64,000 bases of DNA from Antedon mediterranea (Eukaryota; Animalia; Echinodermata). Positions 12,668 through 26,700 of the stretch are shown here, one piece after another. Every line of letters starts with the position of its first letter. The first letter of the stretch is position 1. The notes beneath the pieces were generated by a model. It searched no databases and was not told where the DNA came from. It worked only from the letters and a program-made list of their open reading frames with translations. The DNA is taken from positions 23,206,871-23,270,870 of the forward strand of contig NC_092676.1 in the NCBI RefSeq assembly GCF_964355755.1, written 5' to 3'. The position numbers and the translations under genes were made by a program.

Positions 12668-13181
12668 TAGTTTTAAATTCAAACAGATAATATTAATAGG
12701 TTGTTCAATAATCTGTGATTGAACTTATTATAAAACGTTTCTAAAATGTAAAAGTCGACTGATAAATAATTGAATAAACATATTGAATTATTTGAAAAGT
12801 CCTAGAGTTGTATTTTGTTTGAAACTAACCCTACATTGTTATTGCAGGTATTAATATCAATATTAACATAATTATATCAATTATTAATTACTATATTAAT
12901 ATCCCAGAGCATGTCCTGTCCCTATTTCATCGTGTATTTTTTTTTTAAACACAGTATTTTTGTAATAATTGATTGCTTAAGCCTTCAAGCTCAGATTTTC
13001 AAATGAAGACGCAGCGCAAGCAAGCTGTCCAATGAAAAGCGACAGTGCGAATTATCCATCATTTCATTTCATTTATTTTGTCTCCATAAAAATACAAGAA
13101 AACATCACACAAAACCAGGCAGAGACAGGATTCCTAAAAAGCGAACTTAATCACATCGCGTGTGATTGGTCAAATAATTAA

Positions 13182-13617
13182 AGCTCAGTTCCCACTAGCG
13201 ACGCAACGTAACGCAACCTACGCAACGTAAGAAAATGCCCTTCCAATAAAAGTGTTTGCCCCCGCCTCCGTGAAATCAAACCAGCGATTTTTGCAGCAAT
13301 GATGTTGCGTCGTCGGTTCCAACTTGTGATTACGCAATACATAACTTTGCGTCAATACGTCGCTGCGTTACGTTCTAGTGGGAACCACGCTTTAAGCGTG
13401 GTTCCCACTAGCGACGCAACGCAAGGACGTAACGCAACGCAAGTGAATTGACCAATCACAAGTGATGGCTTATTCGCTTGTGATTGCTAACTGTCTATAA
13501 CTTCGCTTGTCATTGGTTAAAACGCTTGCGTTGCGTTTACGTCCTTGCGTTACGTTATATTGGGAACCAAGCTTTACGTTGCGCTTACGTCCTTGCGTCT
13601 CTTGTGGGAAATACGCA
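13182..13617. mobile_element. Stack of adjacent/nested family-A MITEs
   Basis: 13182-13391 and 13395-13573 are each bounded by ...GTTCCCACTAG / ...TGGGAACC. A third degenerate right end GTGGGAAATACGC lies at ~13604-13617. Confidence 0.65.
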
Positions 13618-14869
13618 TTAGTATTGCGCATTAATTTTTAAATGTTTAACATTTAACATTAGTTTCAACAGACATGAAGCTGATGCAGTTATCTCATTAT
13701 TTGTCTCTTAATTTTGCGTTGATTTGTGGTAAAACGTAACATCTGTACAGATTCAAATAATCTTTATTGCAATCATAATATTTATAAAATAAATAGGATT
13801 GGATAATTACAATTCATATAAATACAATTGAACTATTACCATAACACACATAAAATTACCTACTACTAAAAACTCACTTTCGATAATGTATAACACTGAA
13901 TTACACTTAGGCCTATAGTTCTAAAATTAATAGCACATAAATTAAAATGTTTGAAAAGTATTGCACCTGTGTAAAATAATTGAGTACAAGCAGGAAAAAT
14001 AATACAATATAATATTTAGAAAAATCTAAATAATGGTTCAGGAAATAGCGGGTTAGTTCATGTGCATATAAAAAGGGACGAGATTCAGATTCATTGATAG
14101 TTGGCAAATAGACGGTTTCACCACCCGATTTTAACGACAAACCCATTCTTCCAGTGATGGACTTTCAATAACAGGAACAATAGAATATCTTAATAACAGC
14201 ATAGAGATATTATAGTGCACTATAATATCTCTATAACAGATTCAGCGGACTGGAATAATAGTACCGGTATATCAGCCATATTTTATGTAATACGTACGGT
14301 ATATTTCTGCTGTTCACAAATGCATTGTCTTGTGTAGGTTGACTATCAGTAATACCTTTGTGTTAGGATTACCATACTTTCAATATTTTTGTAAAGAATT
14401 CTTAACAATATTAATGTTATGCACAACTACATCAGACAAATTCAACAATTGTTAAACTTTATAAATAAAAGAAAAAAGGCAGAACGCATTTGCGAAACAG
14501 AAAATTATTAGGGACTTTTAGATTTAGCGAACGTGCACACACGGGTGGTAGTCGACTCATGTTCTCGTCGACATATGAACATTTAGATTAAGTTGACATT
14601 TACGTGCCGGTGAGTGTGTAGCTTGGGCTTAGATCATTAATTTTCTGAACAAAGGCTGGCGTCCTAGTGATAAGAGCCAGTCCATAACCTGTATCATTAA
14701 AAGCTTTATTTAAAATAACCAATACAAAACAATAATTCACAGTTTAGAAATATAATTTGACTGAAATTCACTTTACTACATTCGCAGAAAATCATCGCGA
14801 AATTCTCGGCAATGATTTTGGGTAAACTTTTGCAGTGTTATGACGTCATACGTCTACTGGTACTCTACT

Positions 14870-15210
14870 ATTGACAGTTGCAGACATGTATCTATAAGAT
14901 GACTGTCAATAGTCAGTTAAGATCTACCTAATGACAGTTGCAGACATGTATCTAGATGACTGTCAATAGTCAATTAAGATCTACCTAATGACAGCTGTAG
15001 AAATGTATCTAGATGACTGTCAATAGTCAGCTAAGATCTACCTAATGAAAGTTGCAGACTTGTATCTAAATGACTGTCAATAGTCAGTTAAGATCTACCT
15101 AATGACAGTTGCAGACTTGTATCTAAATGACTGTCAATAGTCAGTTAAGATCTATCTATTGACAGCTGCAGACTCTTATCTAGATAACTGTCAATAGTCA
15201 GTTAAGATCT
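14870..15210. repeat. Minisatellite, ~57-bp unit x6
   Basis: TGACAGTTGCAGACATGTATCTAGATGACTGTCAATAGTCAGTTAAGATCTACCTAA repeated head to tail. Confidence 0.9.
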
Positions 15211-15337
15211 AGCTAGCGTAATTGTGCATTTTTTTACCATTTTTATTCAGATAAAAACAGTTGTATAGTACAGATTTTTATGATGTATAGGCCTACATAA
15301 CAAAAGTAAACCTTTTAAAAATATGTTTATATCTTAG

Positions 15338-16191
15338 ACTCGCCGCCGTCTACTGCAGCTTATACAAATCCCGTTTATCCAAACACGGTAAGTTTGTTTT
15401 ATGTGTTTCATTCGTGGGTATAAACACGAAATAATTAACAATAGCGCTATCCGTAATTCACTGTCTGTAATTTGATTTGGCTACTTTATCGTATAGCGCA
15501 CATTCCAACAATTAACCAATCATCAATCAGGAAAAAGATCAGTTTTGATATCTTAACTTTATTTGATAACTATAGGCCTATATTTTGTATTTTAGCCTGA
15601 GTACCCCCAAGCCGGGCCTGCAGGTTTCGCTAACTGCACCGTCCAGCCCGTACCAGTGACCACAATAACCACTGTGAGAACTAAGCCTAAGACTTACCTC
15701 GTTCTATCTATAATTGTCACTTTATTCTGTTGTTTACCATTGGGAGTTATTGGGATTGCCTACGGTATAGAGGTAAGTTTTTATTTTTAAATCAAAAGTC
15801 TTTAAAATATACACATTTTAATTTAATGTACAAATCAAATACTTTAAAGAAATCTCTGTGAACTTTGTCGTTTACCAATTTTTGTTGTTTCTTTTAAATA
15901 GGCCTACAATTTGCATATAGGCCTATTAAATACAAACATAATCTTGGGTATATGAAAGTAATAATCGATAATGTGTTTACAGACATTTTTGATTGGGTAT
16001 ATCTAACTGTATTTCAATCTTTCGATTTTGTTTTTTAGAGTTCGAGTAAATTTGACAGAGGTGACGATGAAGGCGCCCTGAGATCATCTATTACGGCAAG
16101 GAACACGTCGATTGTTGGTCTCGTGTGTGGTTTAACTTTTATTTGTCTTAACGTCATAACACGACTTGTATTGTTTTTTACGTACTATTAA
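15338..16191 (+). CDS. CD225/dispanin-family membrane protein, paralog 3 (first coding exon not located)
   Basis: Exons 15338-15387, 15596-15772 (PEYPQAGPAGFANCTVQPVPVTTITTVRTKPKTYLVLSIIVTLFCCLPLGVIGIAYGIE) and 16039-16191 (SSSKFDRGDDEGALRSSITARNTSIVGLVCGLTFICLNVITRLVLFFTYY*). Same phases and the same 177-nt middle exon as paralog 2. Intronic homology 14146-14500 vs 2570-2880. Confidence 0.8.
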
Positions 16192-16560
16192 AATATACAG
16201 GGTTATTTAATCATTCCATTCTATTTAATATACAATTTTGTTCAAGTGATTAAAAAAAATGGAGAGTATACAAGAAAACAATAAAATCACAATAAAAAGC
16301 AATAGACCTACATAATACAATATACAAACACATTTTAAAATACTTAGATAATGTTTATATGACCGTTGTTAATGAGTGAGGTTTTTTTTATGGTATGCAT
16401 AGTCAATACATTTTAATAGTATTTTTACAGTTTGACGACAATGACTAGACTATTACAGATATTATTTGATAGGCAGAAGTTGCTTCTTTTTAGTAGGGGT
16501 TCTTTAGCACGAAATGTTTTGATAAAAGCATCATTAAGCATGCATGTTGTATGGATGGTA

Positions 16561-16960
16561 CTTCAGTTTCAGTTTCAGATTTTATTTCACACAAAATATA
16601 ACACAATACATACATTTTTCATTTTTTTAAAATATAAATGATAAAAAAATGTGTGTGGACATTGCATTAAGTCATTTGGCTTTAGGTCTGAACCTCCAAA
16701 TGAAACAAATATATATGTATGTAAAAATAGTAATGACTGAAATAAGCAAGAAAAAATACAATGTATGCACTTATAAAAAAGAAAAGGAAAAAAAACTAAA
16801 GTTCATAACTATATGAATTAATAATTGTTTATATATATAATTTTTTTTTTTAAACCTAAAGTATTTAACAATTTAAGATTAAAAGGCATATAGTATTCCA
16901 TAAATATGGTCCATTAAATAAAAGATGTCCTACGTAATAAAATAGAAAACCTTTCATAAA
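16561..16960 (-). mobile_element. Degenerate CR1/L2-type LINE 3' fragment
   Basis: Minus strand encodes ..RTSFLFNGPYLWNT.. (GPxLWN motif) and ends in a (CTGAAA)n tail after AATAAA. Confidence 0.45.
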
Positions 16961-17746
16961 TGATTTTTTTTTTTAATTTGAAGACCATATATTTCGCTCT
17001 TGGTTGGGTCCGCCCTTATTTCTTTTATTTCATGTAGGACATGTCTACTAAATTTGTTGCTTTTATCAAAAGTGAACGGTCGACCTTTTATTCGTGCCAA
17101 GAACCCTACTCTAATGTTAGGTATTGCTTAATACAAATATATCAGGAGGAATGTTACCGTGTTTCCGTTATCAGACATAGGATGTATGATCAAACTTTAA
17201 AAACACATTTGTCTATTCGTTTTAATTGTTATTATTAGGGCCTACTCAGAGTGCAATCATGTACACAAAGGTTGAAAATCTAATTAGGCCTATCTAATAT
17301 TTTTAATTAGCTTGGTTTGTACGGTTTAGGGACTTTTATTACTTTTTAATTACTTCTATGATGACAATAATTTTACTAAGCTATTAATTATTCTACGGAG
17401 CAGAATAGCTCTTTTTGCAGTTGTTATTAATTTAAACTTACAGACAATATAATTTCTCTTTGGACAATGTAACAAATGACGCATATTATATGAAATATTA
17501 AAAATACATTACTGTGTTTCAGTTTTCCATTTTTAAAAATTTATTTCAGTGTTTAATTAATTAAATCTCTAAGTCTCTAATGAAAATGTCAAAAGAATGT
17601 AGGAGGCGTATAGTACGATATGCCGTGTAATTGGCGTTTCATACCTCTTCTCTTTCCGTCCGTGTTTGTTGATGTGTGACGAGCGGAAATAAACAAAGTT
17701 GTCTCAGCTCCGCCTCCTCCTCCCATTTATTACTCATTTAATTAAA

Positions 17747-20700
17747 ATGGAAAACCAAACTTATCAAAATGTTACTGGAAAAAACGAACGTCATGAAACG
17801 TTGAAAATAAGATTCATTAAATTTCTAAAGGAGTGGACTCATGTGGTATGCTTGATAAGTGCTATTTTTAAGACCTCTTAGTCTTATACTAAACAGGCTC
17901 TGGCCTAGCCTACTACCTAGCCTACTAGGCCAAGCCTCTTCTGCCTAGGCCTAGCTAGGTAGGGCCAGGGGATCCGGGCCAGGCTAGTTGGCCTCCCTCT
18001 GTACACTGTAGGCCGCCTACACTAGCTAGTAATAATTCCATTACATCATAATATGTAGGCCTAATTAAATTAGGCCCTATTTGATTGGTTTTGTTATACC
18101 AAACAGAATGAGCTCCCAAATAACAATAACATTCTGAAAACTATTTTTTTAGACTACCTAGGCCTAGTAGGCCTAGTATTTAATAAATCTCAAAATAAAG
18201 GCTTTTTTTATTATAATACATTTTTTATTATATTAATTTGATTTATTTTACCTCCTTTTTTTTTCATGTAGGTTTTATGGCTTTTAGCAAATCTTATATT
18301 TTGGTTAGTGGTTTATTTTGAGTATGAGAATGGCCCAGAATACTACTATATCCGATTATTAGCTGGGGTGAGTATGTTTACTAACAAATATATGTCATTT
18401 TAAATGTAAAGAAAAATGTGTGTTTATTCATCGTCGATCGTTATCTCGTCCTAGTGTAAATGGGCTGTAAACTCACTGTCTGTAATTAATTACATTCATA
18501 CAGCAATATTTTTAATGGTACACGCCCACATTTTGTTATGTGTCAAATAATAGGGCAATTCACCAATTTTTGACACATAACTGTTGATGATATTCAGATT
18601 CGATTAGATATCATATGATATAAGTCATTCATACATATAGTACAATGATAATTGTTTTCTTGGCAAAAAACACAAAAAAAACAATAAACATATAATATTT
18701 ACATTCATGATCAACATGGAACTTAACATGATCAAGCAATATAGAATACAAAAAACCTAATGACCTATCTTTGGAACTCATTGTTGTGTAGTCTAATAGC
18801 GCTAAGTAAGAATGAAAAGTTATGTCTATTTGTTTTAACTGGAATAGATTGACACTATAGTTTATACAATTAGTAAACCAATTTTGTTTACAGTTAGATA
18901 CAGGCCCACTGTAATACAGGCCCTACTGTAATACAGGCCCACTGTAATACAGGCCCTACTGTAATACAGGCCCACTGTAATACAGGCCCACTGTAATACA
19001 GGCCCACTGTAATACAGGCCCACTGTAATACAGGCCCACTGTAATACAGGCCCACTGTAATACAGGCCCTACTGTAATACAGGCCCACTGTAATACAGGT
19101 CCACTGTAATACAGGACCACTGTAATTTCTACATGAAGTTTACAAAGAAAAAAACCCAGACTAATTAGGCAATAAGTGTATCTTCACTACCTAACAAATA
19201 CTTATATATTTTAACATCTTACCTTCCACAGTACAATTGTTGAGAATGCATCTACAGAAAAGATAGAGATTTTATAATTAATACTCCAACTTCAGGCTTT
19301 TCTTTTACTTCTACTGTATACTTTATTTTTCAACAGAAGTCACTGCCATTTGCAAAAGCCTGCGCCGCCTGTCTGAATCTCAACAGTATGCTGATTATCT
19401 TTCCTGTTTGTAGAAATCTTATTTCTTTTTTCAGAGGATCCGTAAACACCCAAGCAGTAAGTACTGTATAAAAAATGAGAAAAATACAAAATGAGAAACA
19501 GCTTCCCCCCCACCCCAAAGTTTACAATGCATCTAATCAAGGCAATCTAATAACAGGATGTTGAGCTCTGGAGATCAAAGGGATTATCTGTGGCTGCGAC
19601 ACTATCAGTTCCACGCCACTTAACACCGTTAATAAAAGACAGGATTTTCCACTGAGAATATGTACTGTACATAGTAAAGTTCTGTTGATATTTGTTGCAG
19701 CCAGACATAAGATCAAAGGACTGTTACGAGTTCCTGTTGTTAGATTGCTTTGGTCTGCATCTAATCATGACATATACGATTCAACAAAATCTGTATGCAT
19801 GTTATTTTGTTCAAAAAGATGCAAGCTTAATGGTGATCCTGAATTATTTTTACGTAATAATTAATTTGTTACCACTATTAGCTTTGTCACATTATTAATA
19901 ACAATGGCCCAAAAATATGATGGTGACACAATGCAGCAATATTGATAATCCATAATTCATATGTATTATCATTATTTATTATTTATTTATTTATTTATTT
20001 ATTCGGTATAATAAAATACATCCAATTACAAAACGACAGTCAAGGACTGAAATAAATTGCATTACAAATATATAAAAATAGGATAAAATAGCTATACAAA
20101 AATATAACCATCCTATTAAAATTGAATATTGTACCATGCATTAAGAAAACAGACATGAATAAAAAACATCAAAACATGCACTTCTTAAATATCTTACAAT
20201 ACTGGGGTACCAGTAATTAAGTAATTTTAACAAGGAACCAAACAAGGCCCATTGAAAAACGAAACAAAGCTAATGGTTTAATTACAATAATACCATTGCG
20301 TATGATACCATGAAATACTTCAGTGCATCAGCTATGCTTTTTATTTTCCAAAATTAGTTTAACTATAATTAGTAATTGGGCAAATAAAACACACAAACGT
20401 ACAACATAATATTTAAAAGCACAGAGAACTGGGTTTCTAGATTTAAAAGTCTGATCTTTTTGACAACTCTATGAGTAAATACTGCTGATTCAGTTATGTT
20501 AAATTTGGTAATGGCTTATTTCCAAGTTATGTATTACATTGTGTAAAGCTCTGTCTACACTATCAAACTAGTTTGATGTGATTTGTCCAAACATGATAGG
20601 GATATGCCTAAATATGGTACTGATATAACATCATCATGTTCATGTATGGGCACATCACATTTTGTTGTCACATAAAATTTGATAGTGTAGTCACTTTAGG

Positions 20701-23700
20701 TGGAAATTACTAATTTTGTTGTTTTTCTCTACACAGTGCTGTAAAAGAAGTGTACGACGTCTGCTCGACAAGAATTTGGTTTTCCACAAGACGTTAGCTT
20801 ACGTCATTGTTCTTTTTACTCTTGGGCACATAAATGCACACTATTTTAATTTTCAACATTTATACAATGCAAAAGTATACCCAGAAAGTGAAATTGAGAG
20901 GACACTTAGTTCCCTATCGTATGGACAACCTGATACATGGGTTAATCCTGTGCAAGGGGCAACCAAGGTATTTTAATATTACTGTATGACTTGTTGATCT
21001 GGGTAGGAAATTAAGGGGTTGTGTTACACTCTGGTTGCATTAGCAATGGAGCATGGAAATATAGAGTAATTGTGGTACATGTGTACCTTGTACTTGTGTA
21101 ATATGGTGGTATACAGTATTAGAACCCCTATTAAGAGGACAAAATCCTGTAAAGTGTCCCTTTAATAGAGTTGTCCCCTCAACAGGAGTTGGCCGTAGTG
21201 TTAAAACATAGTGCACCTTGTTTGTTTAACCAGAAAGTGTCCCTTTAATAGGAGTGTCCCCTCAATAGGAGTTAGCGTTAAAACATAATAGTGCATCCAA
21301 ACATCCAAGCTCTAACCCGGCCCAACGTTGCTTAACTTCGGTAATCTGACGAGAACCGGTGTTTCAATGTGGTAATGATGAAGATTATTATTATTATATA
21401 ATAATTATAGTATAAATGATGATTATTATTATTATTTCCAGACGGGTTATGGCCTTGGTGTTATTCAGCAAGTCCTTACCCGTGTGGCTGGATGGACTGG
21501 TGTTTTCATCACGATAGCATTGCTACTTATGTTCACCTCCGCAACTGAATTCATCAGGTTTCTATCTTTTTTGTGTCAGTAATTTTGTAACATTAATGCA
21601 TCAATTGAGACGCCAAATTTGTTCACAAGATAAATACTTTTATTTTTTCCGCTCATTAAACAAACAGTGATGTTGTGTAATTTAAAAGTGAAAAGAGAAA
21701 AAAAAAGTTATAATAATAATAGTAATTATAGTAATAATAACTATGAAACCAAAAACCAAAACATCATTTTTGAAAGACAAACAAAAACATTACATTTGAT
21801 TAATTATTAATTCTCTTTAAAAAAAACCCAAAAATTAGCGAAACAACCTGCTTGACAGTTTCGCTGTCGGATCGGCAGAAAAAATGACAAATATGTCATT
21901 AAACAGATTGACCTCTAGAGGTCCAATTCTGTCTAATGACCGTTATCGCTAATCTTTTTTTTTTTGAAAAAATTTAATCATTCATGAAAATTAGATGAAC
22001 ATTTTTGATAACATTACATTTGTTAACAGAAACTTTCTCCACTAATTTTATGAGACAACCTATGTATAATTAATTTTTTTTTGTGTCAATCATTTTGTAA
22101 AAATGCATCTTGTCGCCAAATTTGTTCATAAGATAAATTCTGTTATTTTTACTGCTCATTAAAACAAACGGGGATATTGTATAACTTGTATAAAGTGAAA
22201 AGAGAAAAAAAAAAGTTATAATAACTATGAAACCAAAAACCAAACAACATTTTTGTAAGAGAAATAGAAACACGAATAGTCTTCTGAAAATTTATTTTGG
22301 CACGGAATACACTTTTCCAAACTTTCCCCAACTTTCCCCACTAATTTTACACACCAGGAATTTTCCAAAATGTTAATATTTGTATTAACAAAGTTTAATT
22401 AACCGAAATAATGTGCTCATACACATTGTTGAGATGTTCTTGAGTTAATAGTACTTTATTTGTACTAACAAAGTTTAATTAACCGAAATAATGTACTCGT
22501 ACACATTGTTGAGATGTTCTTGAGTTAATATTACTTTATTTGTACTAACTAAGTTTAATTAACCGAAATAATGTAGTCGTACACATTGTTGAGATGTTCT
22601 TGAGTTAATAGTACTTCCTAAGTTTAATTTTATATTGTTAAAATGATTGAGTGACTTATTAAATTTAAAATGTCTTTTGTTTCAGGCGGTCATACTTTGA
22701 AACCTTTTGGTTCACACACCACTTATTTGTAGTCTATTATGCGTTTTTAATTGCCCATGGATCTGAGTAAGTTACTAAAGTGTGGTATCTATAGTATTAA
22801 TAATTCAATAATTATTATACAATAAAAAGGTATATTTACTGTATTGTAAATTTTTATCACTTTATCCACTTTTATTTCATTCTAATTTAAAGGCTTTTAT
22901 CCAATTTTATTATTATGATTATTAAAAGTAGTTGAATATGTCCCCTGCCCCCATTCTCCACAATGCCCAACCCCCATCCTGGATCACTGTATTATGATTT
23001 ACTGTAAGATTATTTGATTATTTTCTCACTGGCGAATGAGTGGCCAGACCGAATGAGTGGCCAGACCGAATGAGTGGCCAGACCAAGTGAGTGGCCAGAG
23101 CGAGTGAATTGCCAGAGCGAGTGAGTGGCCAAGCGGTTAAGACAGAGGAACCGTAATACCTTGCCATATTAACATCGGCAAGGCTTCAAGCCTCACTCGT
23201 TCCATTGTTCTGATGGTAGAACGAGTCTTCTCGGATAAACACTATGAACTGTGGGTCCAGTGTACACATCTGGCTCATGTGCACTTTAAAGAACCTAGTA
23301 CATCTTTCGAGACGAGTAGGTGTAATACTGTATACACACACAGCCACTTCATTACTCATCAAGAAGGCCCCTTGATTGTCAGCATACGCTTAGGTTCACC
23401 TTCTATAAATAAGGTGAAAAAACACATTTTGCAATCTCAATTTTTACCTACACGGCTCCTTTTGTTACAAGACCTAATATTTTTCTTATAAACATCCTGT
23501 AAGCGCATCCGTTGTTTTTTTGCAGAGGAATTATACGTTATCAAACAAACGTTGACGAACACGATCCAACATTCTGTGCGGATTATCCTGGTAGTTGGCC
23601 GGAAATGAAGGAATGTAAAACGGAACCATTGTTTTCCGGTGGTGAATCAACGGTACTGTATCTATCCAAACTAACAGCTTAAATAAAATTATTTTTAAGT

Positions 23701-26700
23701 GCTATTAGTTGGGAACGTCACTTGAATTGGACTTTTTTTGTTTTTTATAATATAAATTTTACTTTTTATTGGTTTGGAACTTGATTGATAACTTGATTAC
23801 TTTGTACTCTCTTGTTTTCTTTCAGAGCTGGAAATGGGTGATTGCACCATTAATAATCTATTTTATAGAGAGAATTGTCAGGTTTTATCGTAGCATACAG
23901 ACAGTCACGATAACAAAAGTAAGACAATTATAAATCAAATATTAATCAAACAGTGGCCTGATTTCCCTAGTTTAGGAAACCTAAGTGGCCCTCCCAGTTC
24001 CAACGCTGGAGGCCTCGGATGTTTCTGGCCTTTTCAGCATATTTTAATGCCTGGGCACTGCTCATGGGCCCCTATAAGCTCTGGGTTTCTGTGTTTAGCT
24101 ATTGGGCGCTCATAGCCGTTACACCACTGATAACAAACCATAACAAACAAGTAATTCGCATTGGGAGTCGCTAGAATACTGGCCACCTGTCGTTCATGCA
24201 TCTACTAAAAGCACAGAGCTTGAACTGATGCCTAGGGTTAGAATCAAGCCGAAAGAAGCAGCACCCTATGATTATTAAATTATTAAATATTATCCAGAAC
24301 AATGTGGTTGCCGGAACTACAGTATTTTATGTTATTCATTGATTAATGTGTAATTGAGTAAACAATTGAAAAGAATTAGTTCCCACATTTGTCCGTCCTT
24401 ATTCAATTTGGTTTCCAGTGTAAACACTGATCATAATAATAATCAATTGTTATTATTCTAGGTTATTGTACACCCGTCCCAGGTCATTGAACTACAAATG
24501 AAAAAGCCTGGGTTTGCTATGTTGCCTGGCCAGTACATATTTATTAAGTGTCCAAAGTTGTCCAACTTGCAATGGCATCCATTTACGCTGACATCCGTGA
24601 GTAATTCTGTTTAAAAAAATTTTTTTTTTCTTTTAAACCATATATTTAGTCGTATCATAATCTAATATACAGTACTACATGCCTACAATATTCTTATTAT
24701 CCATAATTTATTCAGTGGATTTATGTTTTCTTTAGTGTCAAATTATTTATGGAAGCTTACCCACCCCATATCTTTTGTATATATTTGTGTTATGCTGTTT
24801 ATAGTTAATTAAAATTTAAAATTAAATCATAATTAGTTTCAAAACTCCCAATTTTACATTTGGCAAATAAACGTGAGAAATGAATAACTATCAATCATAT
24901 TATCAACAGCCACAAATGGAGTCAATTTGGTTTAAAATCAATATAAATATATTTACAATAACTGTACTTCCAAACTTTGTCATTATGTAATGTGTTTTTT
25001 TTTGCAGTCACCAGATGAAGATTTTTTTAGTGTTCACATTCGTACTGTAGGAGACTGGACCCAAGCTCTTGCAAAAGCCTGTGGTGCCAACAGTGAGGAC
25101 GAGATATATATGATGCCATCAAAACTACCCAAGTACGTACAGTATTCACACTAGCTATTTGAAACTGTGTAGAGATGTTGATTATTGAATCTAAAATAAC
25201 CAGAACTAATACCCTTTTCACACCTGCATAAATTGTTACAACGTGTTAAAAATTGTAACCAGTTTTGATCTCCTGATTTATTACACGTTACACATATGTG
25301 AACCGCAAGAAATCTCGGGAGAAAGCATACAGTAGTTGATTACAGCGCCATGAGCAATGGATGTTGGAATGGCGCTATATAAATCGAACGATTGATTGAT
25401 TGATACTATGATTGGTCAGTTTATTACCAGGGCAATACACGTGCACCCAGGAACAACTTGAGACATCTCAGAACAAAAAAACAGGCCTCTCATAGGTGAC
25501 GGTGTTTTTCACATAAAATTGTCTTCACACCATGCAAACCTGGTTACAACTTTGTTACCTTTTGAAGGTGTGAAAAGGGTATAAGTGTGGTTAAACTAGA
25601 ATAAAATAATCTCAATATTTTGCATGACTTCAAAGCAATTTAAAGTTTAGAAAGCGTGGCATAATTTTCATTCTGCATATTGCAATCTGTGTTATCTTTA
25701 CAGAATTGCAGTTGATGGACCATTTGGAACTGCAAGTATCGACATATTCAAATACCAAGTTGGTATGTGTGTGGCAGCCGGTATTGGTGTAACACCATTT
25801 GCTTCAATTTTAAAGTCAATATGGTGAGCCTATTAAAAAATGTGATCTTTTTTGCTAATACCTGTAGTTCGATAACATTAGTTCTACCAAACAGATGGTT
25901 AAAAATGATGTGAATTTGTAGCCTATTTGGGTTTTTTTTTTTTCATTTAAATTGCAATAAAGCTAACTAGATAATTTTATTTTATGTATTTAGTCACATG
26001 TGACCTGTTAGGTGGTAATTCCAGGGATACAGGGGCTATTTTGTGAACCAGGGTAACCCCCTAATCGTCTCTAATAATGAACTGGGTTCTTTAAAGTACA
26101 CACAAACACACTGTGTACACAGGACCTACAGTTTATAGCCCTTATCCAAGAAGACTTGTTCCACCACCAAAACTGGGAGCGAGTCAGCCTAAAACCTTTG
26201 CCAATATGGTTTTCTCTTTTGGTATAGTTAATGTGCCTTAACCGCTCAGCCATTTGACTCACTCAGTATTTATTACCTAATTTAATGAATTACTTATTTT
26301 CAGGTACCGATTACTAAACAATTCAGAAGATTTGAAACTTAAGAAAGTATATTTCTTTTGGATTTGTCCGGATACAAACGCATTTGAATGGTTCTCGGAG
26401 TTACTTGAACGATTTGAAAGCGATATGATTGAGAAAGGTCACGCAAACTTCTTAAATTATAATATTTATTTGACAAGAGGTTGGAGTTCGAAGCAGGTAT
26501 GTTTATTTATATTAATATCTGTATATACTAATATTAATACCGAGTTGAAACACAGGTTCTCGTCAGATTACCAAAGTAAGCAACGTTGAGCCCAGTTGCT
26601 TTCTGGAAGGGAGACCATCTGGGAAAGCGCGTCAGGTGCTGTATATACCAGAGAGTGATGGTATAATGATAATATCGGACTAGCATGTGATAGGCATGGG

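Noticed and set aside
14870-15210. Possible CRISPR-like repeat-spacer array
   Set aside because: The whole 57-bp unit repeats and there are no variable spacers.
18894-19088. ORF with WACITVG repeats
   Set aside because: By-product of the 16/17-bp intronic minisatellite.
26538-26645. Functional 5S rRNA gene
   Set aside because: Diverged, lacks the 5' end and T-run terminator, and continues into a SINE body.
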